A stretch of DNA of 64,000 nucleotides from Octopus sinensis (GCF_006345805.1 NC_043015.1:42842001-42906000); one strand, 5' to 3'; counted from the first letter of the stretch, positions 48,716 through 63,680 are shown. The notes: generated by a model from the letters alone, not told the origin. Program-made: numbers and translations.

Positions 48716-49643
48716 TGACTATTTTAGAAAATAAAAATAAGAAATAAGTGGAGATTTTACCGGTGAGTGTGTTAAAAGGCACTAAAAGAGAATGACTCTC
48801 CCCAGATACAACAGAATATGGTCCAACACACGAACTCATATAAAGAATCTTGCAAACCAAATCCAAAAATGAAATATATATATATATATATACATACACA
48901 CACATACATACATACATACATATATATGTATGTGTGTATATATATGTGTATGTGCATATATACTTTTTAAAATTTATATATATACACATATATATATATA
49001 TATACCTCACTCCTACACATATATATATATTATGTGTGCATACATACATATAAATTTATACACACTGATTTACAACCTTGAAAGAATGGTATCTTCGTAT
49101 GTCTCAAACACAAAATGAAAATAACTAGATTCTACATTTCACTGTAGAATTTATCCTAAGTTGTTTGTAGAACTGGTCTTCTTAATCTTTGAGTGAAAGC
49201 TGTCATACCTTAAATATATCTTTGCATACATATATATACACACATACATATATATGTGCATAATACATGAGCATGTAATTCTGGCTATTATGTTGATAAT
49301 ATATGATACTACCTCTTAGAAATATATATTTTGGTATAGTTCATAATACATAGTATATCTGTAAATTATATATTATACATAGTATATATATATGATTTAG
49401 TATATGTACTATATAGATTCTAGCACAACTCATCACATTTCTCAAAGTTCCTAAATTATTATAACACTAACTATACAGTTTAGTATTGAAATAATAGAGC
49501 ATATATGTCTATATATATATATATATAATGTAGAAGGATGAAAAGAGACACACGAGTTGATATATATGGGAAAAAAAAGTCACGCTAGAAAATGCTAAAA
49601 TAATTTTATAAAAAAAATTTCAGTACCGGTTTCAGTCATTGAA

Positions 49644-49680
49644 TTGAAAAAGTCTCAATGACTGAAACCGGTACTGAAAT
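49644..49680 (+). ncRNA. Minimal hammerhead motif, U3-A8 core variant, at a foldback axis (5' strand of stem I lost at the junction)
   Basis: UUGAAAA AGUC ucaau GACU GAAA CCGG UA CUGAAAU; palindromic ACCGGU, GUA triplet. Confidence 0.55.
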
Positions 49681-50031
49681 GGTTTTATAAAATTATTTTA
49701 GCATTTCCTATCTTGACTTTTTTTCTATAGATATATATATATAACATACATACACATTACACATATATATGTATAACATTTCTCTTCTCTCTCTCTACAC
49801 ACACACACACATGTACAAGCTAAGTAAGATTGAATTTGCAAGTGTCATTTGTATTGGTTTTTTTTTATCTTTGCCTGATGAGCTGAACATGGGTCACATT
49901 TAATATGCCGTAATAATATTACATAATCATTTATACTAAAGATGTGTCTGAACCACATATGTATACATGTAACAACATCCACCTCCAATTTTGTACTTAG
50001 CACTATATATGTATATACATACACTCATATA

Positions 50032-50067
<36 letters not shown>

Positions 50068-51136
50068 CATATACAGATATAAACATACATATACATACAC
50101 ACATGCATACATATACATACACACATGCATATACACATATACATACACACAGACACATACGTGTACATACATATATACACACACATATATATGCATGCAT
50201 ATATATATATACACACATAAATATACACATGTATACATATATATCCACATACACACATACATACATATACACATATATATCCACATACACATATATACAT
50301 ATATATAAACATGCATATGCATATACACATATAAATACATATATATACATATATACAAATACATGCATATACGAATACATATACATACATACATATATTT
50401 ATATATATATATACGTATATACATACATATATACATACAACACGCACACATACATGTATACATACATGTACTCATATACACATATATATATATATACACA
50501 CATATATACAAATATATATACACACACACATATATATATGTAGCATGTAACTCACTAACATAGATACCTACACATATTTGCATAAACTAAACCAGTTCGA
50601 GAATTCACCAAATGTTACTCTGATCTCTACAAATTCTAAAACATATTTCACTAATGAAAAGAACAACAATAAAAAGGAAATAAGTAAAAAAAAAAGGGGG
50701 AGGGGTATAAAAAAAGAAGATAAAGTTCCTTAGATTTGAATAATAAAAGCATAACAAGCCAAAAAAAAAAAAACCCAAAGAAACTTAAAAGGAAGAATTC
50801 ATGGAGGAACAACATCTCTACTGTTTTTTTTCTTTAAATTCAACTCCAAGAGGCCACAGTGTTTTTTTTTCTTTTTAATAGTGATGATGATGATGATGAT
50901 GATGATGGTGGTGGTGATTGTATTGTCAGTGAAAGATGGTGGGTTTGTGGAAAGGAGGCTGAGTTTCAATGATGTCTCAAAGGGTGGTTTGTTTAACACT
51001 TTATTGTTAAAGTGTTTTAGAGCAGTTAAGTGAGGGGGGAAGGGAGTAGGGGGAGTAAGTAAAGGGTACAGTTTCAAATCTGATTTGAAGCCTGTGCAAA
51101 AGCAGTCCTGTCCAGTTCATGTAGAGGGATAGATAG

Positions 51137-51176
<40 letters not shown>

Positions 51177-52077
51177 GTATATATGGTTATGTATATATAT
51201 ATATATGGGTAAATATATATGTATATATATGTGGTTATACACACACATATATATGGGTATATATGTGTGTATATATACATATATATATAAGTATGGATAT
51301 ATATATATATGGATATATATATATATATATATGGATATAGATATATGTATGGATATATAGATATATGTATGGATATATATATATATAAATATATATGTAT
51401 ATATATGTATATTCATATACACACATCTATCCATACACACATATATATATATATATATATGTATATTATATATATATGTATATTCATATACACACACACA
51501 TATATATATATACACATATTTACATAAAAAGAGAGATACCTATAGCTAAAGAGTGGTAGATAGAGGGAGACGTAAATAGACAGATAGATAGATAGATAGA
51601 AAGAGGTGAGAAAGGGGAGAGAGGGAGAAAGAGAGAGAGATTTCAAATACACCACTTGCCTAGATTTGTGGTGTCCACTTCACTTTGTCTCACCTCATTA
51701 GGATTCTTCCATATCGACATAATATCTACCTATTTAAAAGCAAACCGCCACCAAGCCAAAACAGAATCATAGATAGATAGATAGGTTAGTAGAGAGATAG
51801 GTAAATTAGGTGTCAGTCAGCATGTGTAAAGGTGTATGTATAACTGCATGTGGTGTGATGCGGATATTTTTATGAATGGTGGTGGGTATTTAACAAATAT
51901 AGTTAATATAGAAAAGACAGGAATGTACACTGGGATGTTGTGGTGAGGGGTGGTCTTGATACCAAGGTGGGGGGGTTTATTGTAGTAGTAGTAGAGGTAA
52001 AGATTCTTTTGTTTTCTGTATTCTTTTTCTTCTTTATATAATTATTTTTTAATGACAGTAGCACTAATAATAATAAT

Positions 52078-55000
52078 CCTTTCTACTATAGGCACAAGGC
52101 CTGGGGTTTGTGGGGAGGCAGTAGAATCGGTCACATCGACCCCAGTACTTGACTGGTACTTAATTTATCAACCCCCAAAAGGATGAAAGGCAAAGTTGAC
52201 CTTAGTGGAATTTGAACTCAGAATGTAATGATGGGTGAAATACCACTAGCTAAGCATGTCCAACGCGCTAATGATTCTGCCAACTCACCACCTAATAATA
52301 ATAATAATAATAATTTTTTCTAGTGGAGGCACAAGGTCTCAAATTTGTCGGTTGGGGACTAGTCAACTAAATCGACCCCAGCGTTTCACTGGTACTTAAT
52401 TTATCGACCCCGAAAGGATGAAAGGCAAAGTCAACCTCAGCGGAATTTGAACTCAGAACGTAAAGACAGACGATATACTGCTAAGCATTTCACCTGGCGT
52501 GGTAACGTTTCTACCAGCTCGCCGCCTTTAACAAGAATATTCTTTTCTACTCTAGGCACAAGGCCTGAAATTTTGGGGGTGGGGCCAGTCGATTAGATCG
52601 GCTCCAGTACACAACTTATTTTATCGACCCCGAAAGGATGAAAGGCAAAGTCAATGTTGGCGGAATTTGAACTCAAAATATAGCGATGGGTTAAATATCG
52701 GTAAGCATTTTATCCAATGCACTAACGATTCTGCCAGCTAGCCGCCTTAATAATAATAATAATAATATAATAATAATAATAATAATCCTTTTTGCAATAG
52801 GCACAAGGCCGGAAATTTTGGTGGGAGGGGGGTAAGTCGATTACATTGAGCCCCAGTGCATAACTGGTACTTATTTTATTGACCTTGAAATCATGAAAGG
52901 TGAAGTGGACCGTGACGGAATTTGAACTTAATACATCAAGATGGACAAAATGCCGCTAATTAGTTTTGCCTGGCATGGTAACGATCCTACCAGCTTGTTA
53001 CCTTCATAATAATAACAACAATAATAATAATAATAATAATAATGATTTCAAAATTTGGCACTAGGCCTGCAATTTCGTGGGACGGGGGAAGTCAGTTATA
53101 TCAACCCCAGTGCATAACTGGTACTTTTTTTATCGACCCCCGAAAGGATGAAAGGCAAAGTTGACCCTGGCAGAATTTGAACACTGAATGTGAAAACAGG
53201 CCAAGTGTTGCTAAGCAATTCACCTGGCATGCTAACAGTTCTGCCAGCTCACCACTTAATAATAATAATAACAATAATAATAATAATAATGATAATAATA
53301 ATAACAGGCAAAAGCCATGCATTCTAGGGCTTAGGAACAGAGAATTAAATTGTTCCCAGCCCAGCACTTGACTGTCAACTTTGGAATGGTAGAAATCAAA
53401 GTTAACTCTGGCAAGACATGAACTATGATCACAACCAAATACAGCCAGGTATGGATTTATCCACACACTGACCATCAAAAGTAATAATAATGATAATTAT
53501 TATTTAAAATTTTCGCCACAAGGGCAGCTTAGGGAAGGTGGTGGTGAGTTGATTACATTGACCCCCCCCCCCATGTTTAACTGGTACTTATTTTATTGAC
53601 CTCAAAATAATGAAAGGCAAAGTCGACCTTGGCGGAATTTGAACTCAGAACATAGCGGCAGACGAAATACCTATTTCTTTTCTACCCACAAGGGGCTAAA
53701 CACAGAGAGGACAAACAAGGACAGACAAACGGATTAAGTCGATTATATCGACCCCAGTGCATAACTGGTACTTATTTAATCAACCCCGAAAGGATGAAAG
53801 GCAAAGTCAACCTCGGTGGAATTTGAACTCAGAACATAGCGGCAGATGAAATACCTATTTCTTTACTACCCACAAGGGGCTAAACACAGAGAGGACAAAC
53901 AAGGACAGACAAACGGATTAAGTCGATTATATCGACCCCAGTGCATAACTGGTACTTATTTAATCAACCCTGAAAGGATGAAAGGCAAAGTCAACCTCGG
54001 TGGAATTTGAACTCAGAACGTAGTGGCAGGTGAAATACCGCTAAGCATTTCGCCCGTCATGCTAATGGTTCTGCTAGCTCGCTGCCTTAATAATAATAAT
54101 AATCCTTTCTACTGGAAGCATAGGGCCTCAAATTTGGGGGAAGGGATTAAGTCAATTACATCGGCCCAAGTGCATAACTGGTACTTATTTAATCAACCCT
54201 GAAAGGATGAAAGGCAAAGTCGACCTTGGTGGAATTTGAACTCAGAACATAGCGACGGGCGAAATACCGGTAAGCATTTTGACCAACATGCTAATGATTC
54301 TGTAATAATAATGGTTTCGAATTTTGGCACAATGCCAGCAATTATTTTTTAGGGGGAGGAGCAACATCGACTACAACGACCCCAGTGCTCAACTGTTACT
54401 TGTTTAGTCAACTCTCAAAGAATGAAAGGCTAAGTGGATTTTGGCAGAGTTTGAACTCAGAATGTGAAGACAGACGAAACATTTTGCCTGGAGCAGTAAC
54501 AACTCTGTTCGTTCATCACAATAATAATAATAATAATAATAATAATATATTAATCCTTTCTACTAAAGGCACAAGTCCTGAAATTTATGGAAGGGGGATA
54601 GTTGATTACATCGACCCCCAGTACTCAGCTGGTACTCATTTTATTGACCCCGAAATGATAAAAGTCAAAGTCGACCTCGGTGGAATTTGAACTCAGGACG
54701 TAGTGGCAGGTGAAATAGTGCTAAGCATTTTGCCCAGCATGCTAACGTTTCTGCCAGCTCGCCGCCTTATGCCTTAATAATAGTAATGGTTTCAAATTTT
54801 GGCACTAGGCCAGAAATTTCAAGGGACGGGTAAGTTGATTACATTGACCCGCCCAGTAATCAAATGGTACTTATTTTATCGACCCTCAAGGATGAAAGGC
54901 AAAGTTGACCATGGCAAAATTTGAACTCAGAATGTAAAGACGGATGAAATGCCGCTAAGCATTTTGTACATCCCATGAAGAATTCGGCCAGCTTGCTGCC

Positions 55001-55651
55001 TTAACAATAATAATTTCAAATTATGGTACAGGACCTGAAATTTTAGGGGGGGTGGATAATCAGTCACATAAACATCAGTGTTTGACTTTTTATCAACCCC
55101 AAAAGGATCAAAGGTGGAATTTGAACTCAGAACGTGAAGACAGACAAAATGCCAATAAGCATTTTTACCTGGTGTGCTAACGATTCTGTCAACTTGCTAC
55201 CTTGATAATAGATACCAATAATCCTTTCTACTAAGGGCACAAGACCTGAAATGTTTTTGGGAGGGGGCTAATTGAATATATTGACCCTTGTCTTTCATTG
55301 GTACTTACTTCGGCAGAATTTGAACTCAGAATGTAAAGACAGACGAATTGCCACTAGGCCTTCTGCCTGACATGCTAATGATTGTGCCAGCTCGTCACCT
55401 TAATAATAATAATAATAATGATAATCCTTTCTACTATAGGCACAAGGCCTGGACTTTTGTGGGGAGTGGGGACAACTGATCACATGGACCCCAGTACTTG
55501 ACTGGTACTTATTTAATCAACCCCGAAAGGATGAAAGGCAAAGTCGACCTCAGCGGAATTTGAACTCAGAACATAGTGACAGACAAAATACCGCTTACCA
55601 TTTTAGCCTGGCATGCTAACGATTCTGCTAGCTCATTACCTTGATGATAAC

Positions 55652-55688
<37 letters not shown>

Positions 55689-55850
55689 GTTTCAGATTTT
55701 GCCAGAAGGACAGCAATTTGGGGGTAGGGGAGGAGTTGATTACATCGACCCTGGTGCGTAACTGGTACTTATTTTATCGACCCTGAAAGGATGAAAGGTA
55801 AAGTCGACCTCGTCGGAATTTGAACTCAGAACGTAGCGATGGGCAAAAAA
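52078..55850 (-). repeat. Cluster of about 15 co-oriented SINE family B copies separated mostly by (AAT)n tracts
   Basis: Recurring CGACCCCGAAAGGATGAAAGGCAAAGTCGACCTCGGCGGAATTTGAACTCAGAA...GCTCGCCGCCTT followed by AATAATAAT. Confidence 0.9.
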
Positions 55851-56428
55851 CAGAGGTGGGAAGGCCACAAATTTTAGTAAGGGGGGGGGGAGGGCGAGCA
55901 ACTGATTAAAATTGGCTACCCATGTAATTGATACTGGACTGATGAAAAACAAAATCAAACCCCAGCAGGCCCTTTTTTTTTTTTTTTTTTTTTTTAAATC
56001 TCAGAAATGTCGAGAAGGATGGAACTAAATCCTGAAAAAAAAAAAAAAATTCATCATGCCAAGAGTTCTACCCCACTCCACTGCCTTTCTTTTTAAAGTG
56101 ATGGTAATAACAACAATAACAACAACAATGATAACAATATAACGATAATAATAATAATATAATAATAATAATTATAATAATGATAATAATGATAATTTTA
56201 TTCTTGAAATTGAATAAGGAGGTTTCATGTAAAAAAAAAAAGAAAAACCCACAAGTTTAAATACATAATTTTCTTTTTTTAGCAAATATATAAATTTCTT
56301 AAAGATAAACAGAGGTGGGGAGCTATTTATTGTCATTAATGATGATGATAATGATGATTGTTATTGTTATCTGTATGTTTTGCATAGCAACTACTGTTGC
56401 TAAGATGTGACTAGTATGTGTGTATGTG

Positions 56429-56466
<38 letters not shown>

Positions 56467-57260
56467 TATATGTATATATATATATGTATGTATGTATATA
56501 TCTTTAGGATCCTACTTTGGTTACATCTGACCATTGGATTGCACCTAGAAAGTTCTCCTCCAAGGCACACGTCTGGGAAAGGTTGTGGAAGACCCCGCAG
56601 TCGTCCATGCATACCAGTCTCCCCTCTCCATGCCACCGACCGTGTCCAAGGGATTGGCAAAAGCTGAAACACCTTGGCACCAGTGATGTTCCAACTTACT
56701 TCTACAGGTGAGCAAACTGGAACATCATAAAACGAATTGTCTTGCTTGAGCACATAATACACAGCCTGGTCCGGGAGTTGAACTCACAATCTTCTGATTG
56801 TAAGCCCAATGCTCTAACCACCAAGCCATGCATTGTATAAGAGAATATAGTGAAAAATACTTATAAGTTTTTAACACAATATATCTTCCTCTCATATACA
56901 CTATTTATCCGTAGCATAGGACCATTATAGCCAACAGACCTGAAACATGGAATGATCCGAGATTTTTTCCCCTTGGCATGTTAGAGAGTGTAAAGAAAAT
57001 ACAAAGTTCTAATATCCTCGTTATATGCACAGTAACGAGCACTTTAAAAACATCATGGGTATATGTGTGTGTGTGTATGTATGTGGAGGTAAGAAGTTCA
57101 AAAAATTTACACAATGCCAAGAGATGTGAGTTTTTTAGGGGTCACTACAGGTAGAACCTCCTCACCTCACATCCAAGTTATTACAATTTCGTTTCCGGTC
57201 TGATGATTGGGAATGTGAAATTTGAATAACTAGATGTGAAGTGCCAGCCACAAAAACCAT

Positions 57261-57296
<36 letters not shown>

Positions 57297-59089
57297 AAAT
57301 TTTGTATGTAAAACAATTTTTAATCTTTGGATTTTTTTAAAAATATGCTAAGCCACTGGTTTTAATTGATTAATATCAATTTCTACCCTCATTTAATTTT
57401 AAATATATATATATATATAATAATAATATTATATCCAAACTTACAGGGAAGTTGCCTAATAGTGGTTTTATCTCTAATTTAATTTATATATATATATATA
57501 TATTATGCATGTAGGTTTATATATACATACGTGTAGTGTTATAATTTCCTTATGCATTTTAAAATCGTTATAATTTAGCCTTTGAAATAACCAGACAGAA
57601 TTAAATCTGTAAATATCGTTTAGAAACTTGAGGTAACTATTTTATCACTATCAGTAACAAAATTCATTAAAATTATTTATCAATCATTCTAAAAATTAAA
57701 TATTTCAACATTATTACACAGGGACCTACTAAGAGTTTATTCAGAATTTATAGATGACTTGTAGATCTTTCTTTCTTTCTTTTCTTATTTCTTTTACCTT
57801 TAAGACAAGACTGTTTACAAAACTTTGAGAACTGAGTGGAAGCAGAATGATATCCTCAAATAAGAAACCTGGCCCAAATGTTTGCAACAGAGAGAGCTAC
57901 ATTAAAGGTGCCAAAGGCCCTGGTGATGGCGTTGAACTGGGCAAGGGATCTAATCTAAGATTAGGATAATCTTTTCTACTCTAGGCACAAGGCCTGAAAT
58001 TTTGGGGGAGGCGAGCCAATCGATTTGATCGACCCCAGTACGCAACTGGCACTTAATTTATCGACTCTGAAAGGATGAAAGGCAAAGTCGACCTCGGTGG
58101 AATTTGAACTCAGAACATAGCGGCAGACAAAATACTGATAAGAAATTTGCCCGACGTGCTAACGTTTCTGCCAGCTTGCCGTCTATAAGGTTAGGATAAT
58201 GAATGCGGTTCAGTGGGTAATTGAATCTTAGATGAGCAATGTATTTCATTTAGTATAGACACAAGGCCTGATATTTTGGTGGGATGGGGTATATTTGAAT
58301 ACTCCAACCCCAGTGCTCAACTAGTTCTTACTTTATTGGCTTTGAAAGGATAAAAGAAAAAAGGTGATCTTGGCTGTATTTGAACTTGGAATATAAAGCT
58401 AGAAGAAATGTCTCTAAACATTTATCTGTCACTGTAATGATTGCGCCAGATTAGATGCAGAATATATTCCCAGAAATTCTGAATTGCATCAGGATTTGCA
58501 TCGTTATTAAAGATGGTTGGCATGATGAAAATTAACCCCCATCATCATTTAATGTCTGTTTTCCATGCTGGCATGGGTTGGACGGTTTGACAGGAGCTGG
58601 CAAGCAAGAGGACTGTGTCAAACTCTGTCTGTTTTGGCAAGGTTTCTACGGTTTGCTACCCTCCCTAATGCCAACCACCTTACAGAGTGCACTGGGTGCA
58701 TTTTATGTGGTACGAACAACAGCGACCCCCACTCATTCTCAACTGAGCAGGGCGAGTAGAATCGAGGAAGGGGGCTATGTGCCAAATAGGTTATTTATTC
58801 AAAAGGTATAATTAAAATTTTCCAGCTTTTTATTCAACTCTTTATCTAAACTACATACAATGATCTACCAAGTAAGTACAGTTATACAATTTTAAATTTG
58901 CACAAAGACTTCATATATATTCATATATATGCTCACATAGATATACCCATATATATATATATTTACATGCACATCAAGTAAATGTGCATGCATATCTACA
59001 TACAAACACACACATATATTTATATATATATATATATGTACACACACATGATCGTATACATATGTACATGTATATTCATATATCTGCAT

Positions 59090-59339
59090 ATATATATGTA
59101 CATGCATATATATATATATGTGTATATATATATGGCTATGTACATGCATATATATATGTGTATATATATATGGCTATGTACATGCATATATATATGTGTA
59201 TATATATATATGGCTATGTACATGCATATATATATGTGTATATATATATATGGCTATGTACATGTATATATATATGTGTATATATATGGCTATGTTCATG
59301 CATATATATATGTATATATATATATGGCTATGTACATGC

Positions 59340-59370
<31 letters not shown>

Positions 59371-59440
59371 TATATGGCTATGTACATGCATATGTGTATA
59401 TATATATGGCTATGTACATGCATATATATATATATAATAT
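59090..59440. repeat. About 36-42-bp minisatellite (TATATGGCTATGTACATGCATATATATATGTGTA...) derived from (TA)n
   Basis: About seven copies of GGCTATGTACATGCA separated by variable (TA)n. Confidence 0.9.
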
Positions 59441-62400
59441 ATATATATAGATATATTGTGTGTATGTGAGCATGTGCAAATATATGCATATGTATGAGTG
59501 TGTGTAATAACACACTGATGTACATGTATAGTGAGGAACTCAATACAGTGTCATGAAGTGCAATGTTTAATTAATTAACTTAATTCCAAAAAAAAATACC
59601 CATGAACAATTTACAATGAAGACAGAAAGTTGGTGCATAATTTAAAAAAGGATGCGCAGTAACAGTGCAACTGTTCGTCTGCAACGAGTGCGATGCCATC
59701 CAACATTGTTTTTCAAGTGAACAAAAGATGGACATAATTCCGGTTACGTTTAACACAAGGAGTGTTTGCCATCTCACAGGATTGTCCATCTCTGCTTCCC
59801 TCTTTCTCTCTCTCTCTCGGGCATTATATTGTTAATATGGGCTTTTTCTTCATAATAGTAATATGGATAATTTTAATATCAATAACAATGATGATGATGG
59901 TGGTGGCGGTAGTGGTAGTAGTAGTAGTGGTGGTGATGATGATGGTGATGATGATGATGATAATTAAATCAGAATAATAAAAAAAAACAAAAAAAAAACT
60001 GAACAGCAGCACCCCTGCACTCCGAGCTGACTAGTAAAATAAAAGCAGCTAGAGTTGTGATGATGATGATAATGGTGATGACGACGACGATGATGATAAT
60101 GATGATGGCAATAAGTTGGAAAAAAAAAATTATAAATAAAAAAAAAATAATGATGTTGGTGATAGTAATAATTTGAAAAGAAAAAAAGGTAAAAATACAA
60201 AAAAAAAAAAGAAATTCAGAAAAAAAAAAGACAAAAAAAAAAGAAACCCCCAAGGTCCTAGGGAAAGTAACTCTCTTAACACCCCGCTGACCACTCGACA
60301 AAGGGACATAACTCTTAGGTAGAAAAATTTTTTCCATTAAACACACATACACACACGCAATTAGGCATGCATACAGAGTCAAACACTGTCTAGGTTCAGA
60401 AGATGGAGAATGGAGGCTCAATTGGAAAATAACTTTTTTTTTATTTAAAATATATATACATTCATATATAGTCTTTTAAAAACTTTCCAACAATCTTGTC
60501 TTTGTATTGTATTTTGTTTGCGTTTGTGTGCATGTGACATTGCTGCTCTCGAGAGTGTGAAGATCTTCACGTTGAAATAAAATGGGGGGGATGTGGGGGG
60601 AATGAAAGATAAAACAAAAAAAAACAGTCAGGATTTTGTATGGTATATACATACACGAGTGTGTGTTTGTGTGTATGTATGTGTGTGTGTATATATATAT
60701 ATGCACACAAACACACATATACATGCATATATACACAGATATGTATAAACACATATATATATATACACACACACACATATATATACACACACACACATAT
60801 ACATACACACACACACATATACATACACACACACACACATATACATACACACACACACATATATACACACACACACACACCACACGTATATGCACACACA
60901 CACACATGTATATATAACATATATATACATATATATACACACATATATATATACATTATATATACACACATATATATATACATTATATATACATATATAT
61001 ATACATTATATAAACATATATATATACACACATATATACATATATATATACACACATATATACATACACACATATATATATATACACACACATATATATA
61101 CATACATGTATAATATCTGTATAGTACAAGCATTATATCTATATGTATATAAATGTATTCATATATCTATGTATCATATATATATATATCATAAATATAA
61201 CACACACATTATAAACATGCCTAATAGCTTTGCCACGCTTGTGATTGGCAGAACTGAAACAATCTCTAATGGAAAATATAAAGTAGATAGATTTTATTTA
61301 AAAAAAAAATGATAGCATACAAAAGTGTGTATATACTTGTACATGTGTAATATATATACATATATATATATATATACATATATAACATTATATAATAATA
61401 TATACATTGAATATATATATTTTATATATAAGCAATATATTTATACAATACACATACGATATACATAATAGTGTATATTACAATATATATATGTGTGTGT
61501 CTGTGTGTGTGTAATAATTTTGTGTGTATATTTGTGTGTTTGTGTGGAAAATACAATGATAGAAAGTGGAAACAAATTAGCTCTCTTGAGTGAAGACTGT
61601 TTCAGTGATTTCATTTCAAACAAACGAGAAATACCAAGGAGACTCATTGGAGTGGAGTGCGACCTTCACTCCTCCCACCTCTCAATCACTCGTAACTCAA
61701 ACACTACTTTAACCTAAGCTGCCCAAAATGAAAATAAACTAAAAAAAAAACAACAAAGAAAACAAACACAAAAAGAAATACAAATAAATATGATAATAAT
61801 AATAATTAATAATAATTAATAATAATAAAAAGAACTATTCATTTGAAATTCAATGAAGGGGTTTAGTAATTATCTTAATTCATTAACAAAAAAAAAAAAA
61901 TGAAAGGACCAAAAAGAAAAAAATTTTTTTTAATTAATTAATAAATAAAAAATAATAATAAAAATAAATAAATACGTAAATAGAATCATTTTTACTCAAG
62001 TTGAGATGGTAAATTTTGGAATGCTTATCGGAGTAAAAGCATAAAATTATTTGTGCTAAAGACAGATAAAGACAATTCCAAGTCGTAAATTCCCCTGTTC
62101 GCGCATCACCGACTGTGAAAGAAATGCTCAAATTCTCAAGTTCTCAAATGCTTTAACGCATGACTAACAGCCCAACTGACTGCATGCCTGCCTGTCTGTC
62201 TGTCTGTCTGTCTACCAGCTTAACTTATCTTTCTTACTAATTACATCATTAATAATCATTAACATTAATTACATCATCATATATATATATATATATGTAT
62301 GTATGTATATGTCTTTTAATATATGAATAAGCTGCAATTATTTTATTATTGTATTCCATCGTCCCGTCCACCCCCTCTGCAGTGAAAGCATCCGATCTAA

Positions 62401-62643
62401 CACCCTAGGATAAAGCTGCCTCATTGGCGTTACATGTGGGAGAGTGTGGAGAGAGGGAGTAAGAGAGAGTGTAAGAAAGAAAGAAAGAAATAGATTTTCA
62501 TCCAGAAAAAACACCTTGTGAAAATTTTATAAACACTTTTTTTCTTCCAATCCAGGATAAATCTACTACTTCTTTCATTACAATTTTTTTAGTTATATAC
62601 ATATGTGATTATATATATATATATATATGTATTGCATGTATAT

Positions 62644-62677
<34 letters not shown>

Positions 62678-63352
62678 GGTTTTATATGTATATTGTATTT
62701 ACTATCTATATTGTGTATTATATATACATGCATAGGCACACGTACATACATGCATGCATGTTCATATACATGTTGATATATACACATAGATATAAATATA
62801 TATACATACACAAAACACCTATATCACACTTATATAAATATATATATCTTGATCATATATAAACATATATATTAAACATACATAAACAGATATATATATA
62901 TATAAATTATATATATGTACACATATATACAATGTACATATATATGCAAATTGCAATATATAATATATTTTATATATATATGTTATATATATTATATTTT
63001 ATATATATATGTTATATATATTTTATATATTATATATATATATTTTATATATATATATATATATTTTATATATATTATATATATATATTATATATATATA
63101 TATTATATTTTATATATATATATATTTTATATAAATATATATTATATATATTATATTTTATATAAATATATATTATATATATTTCAAAATAGTTTTTCCT
63201 TAAACTGGTCAGCAAAAACGTGGGAATTAGCCCCATTGAGACCCTGGTTGTTCAGTTTGTTTTTTTTTTGTTTTTGTTTTTTGTTTTATGTTTTTTTCTT
63301 CTTTTCATTGAAACTGCTGTCACCTTGCCTCTGCCATGGCGCTCAGGACCCT

Positions 63353-63465
63353 TCATGACACCTTGTCTTCTTTTTTCTCCAGAAGCTCTAGGTACGTCAC
63401 TTGCAGCGGCTGGTGTTGTAGTTTCTCTTTGGCCTCAGATAAACTGAACCATTCTCGTTTACGAC
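63353..63465 (-). CDS. Last coding exon of a diphosphoinositol-polyphosphate phosphohydrolase (DIPP, NUDT3/NUDT4-like Nudix hydrolase)
   Basis: Acceptor TTTTCTTGCAG|GT, then (G)RKREWFSLSEAKEKLQHQPLQVTYLELLEKKEDKVS*, resembling DIPP GRKREWFxxEDAxxxLQxHKPVxxxY. TGA at 63355-63353. Confidence 0.85.
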
Positions 63466-63484
63466 CTGCAAGAAAAGAAAACGA

Positions 63485-63520
<36 letters not shown>

Positions 63521-63680
63521 TAATAATAATAATGATAGCAAAGAAAGAACATGTCTGATAATTGACAAAGCATAACCAATAAACAAGTGTCACCTTAGTC
63601 TAGTGGTTGTGGACAGCTGATACCTCCCATCATATCCAGCAAAATAAGTTGAGTTTTTGCCACATAATAATAATAATAAT

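Noticed and set aside
49876-49960. CTGATGA motif (also near 57200)
   Set aside because: No stem II plus GAAA/UH arrangement follows, and no convincing C/D snoRNA box pair.
45245-63358. Many [12 protein letters not shown] ORFs
   Set aside because: Dinucleotide-repeat artefacts.
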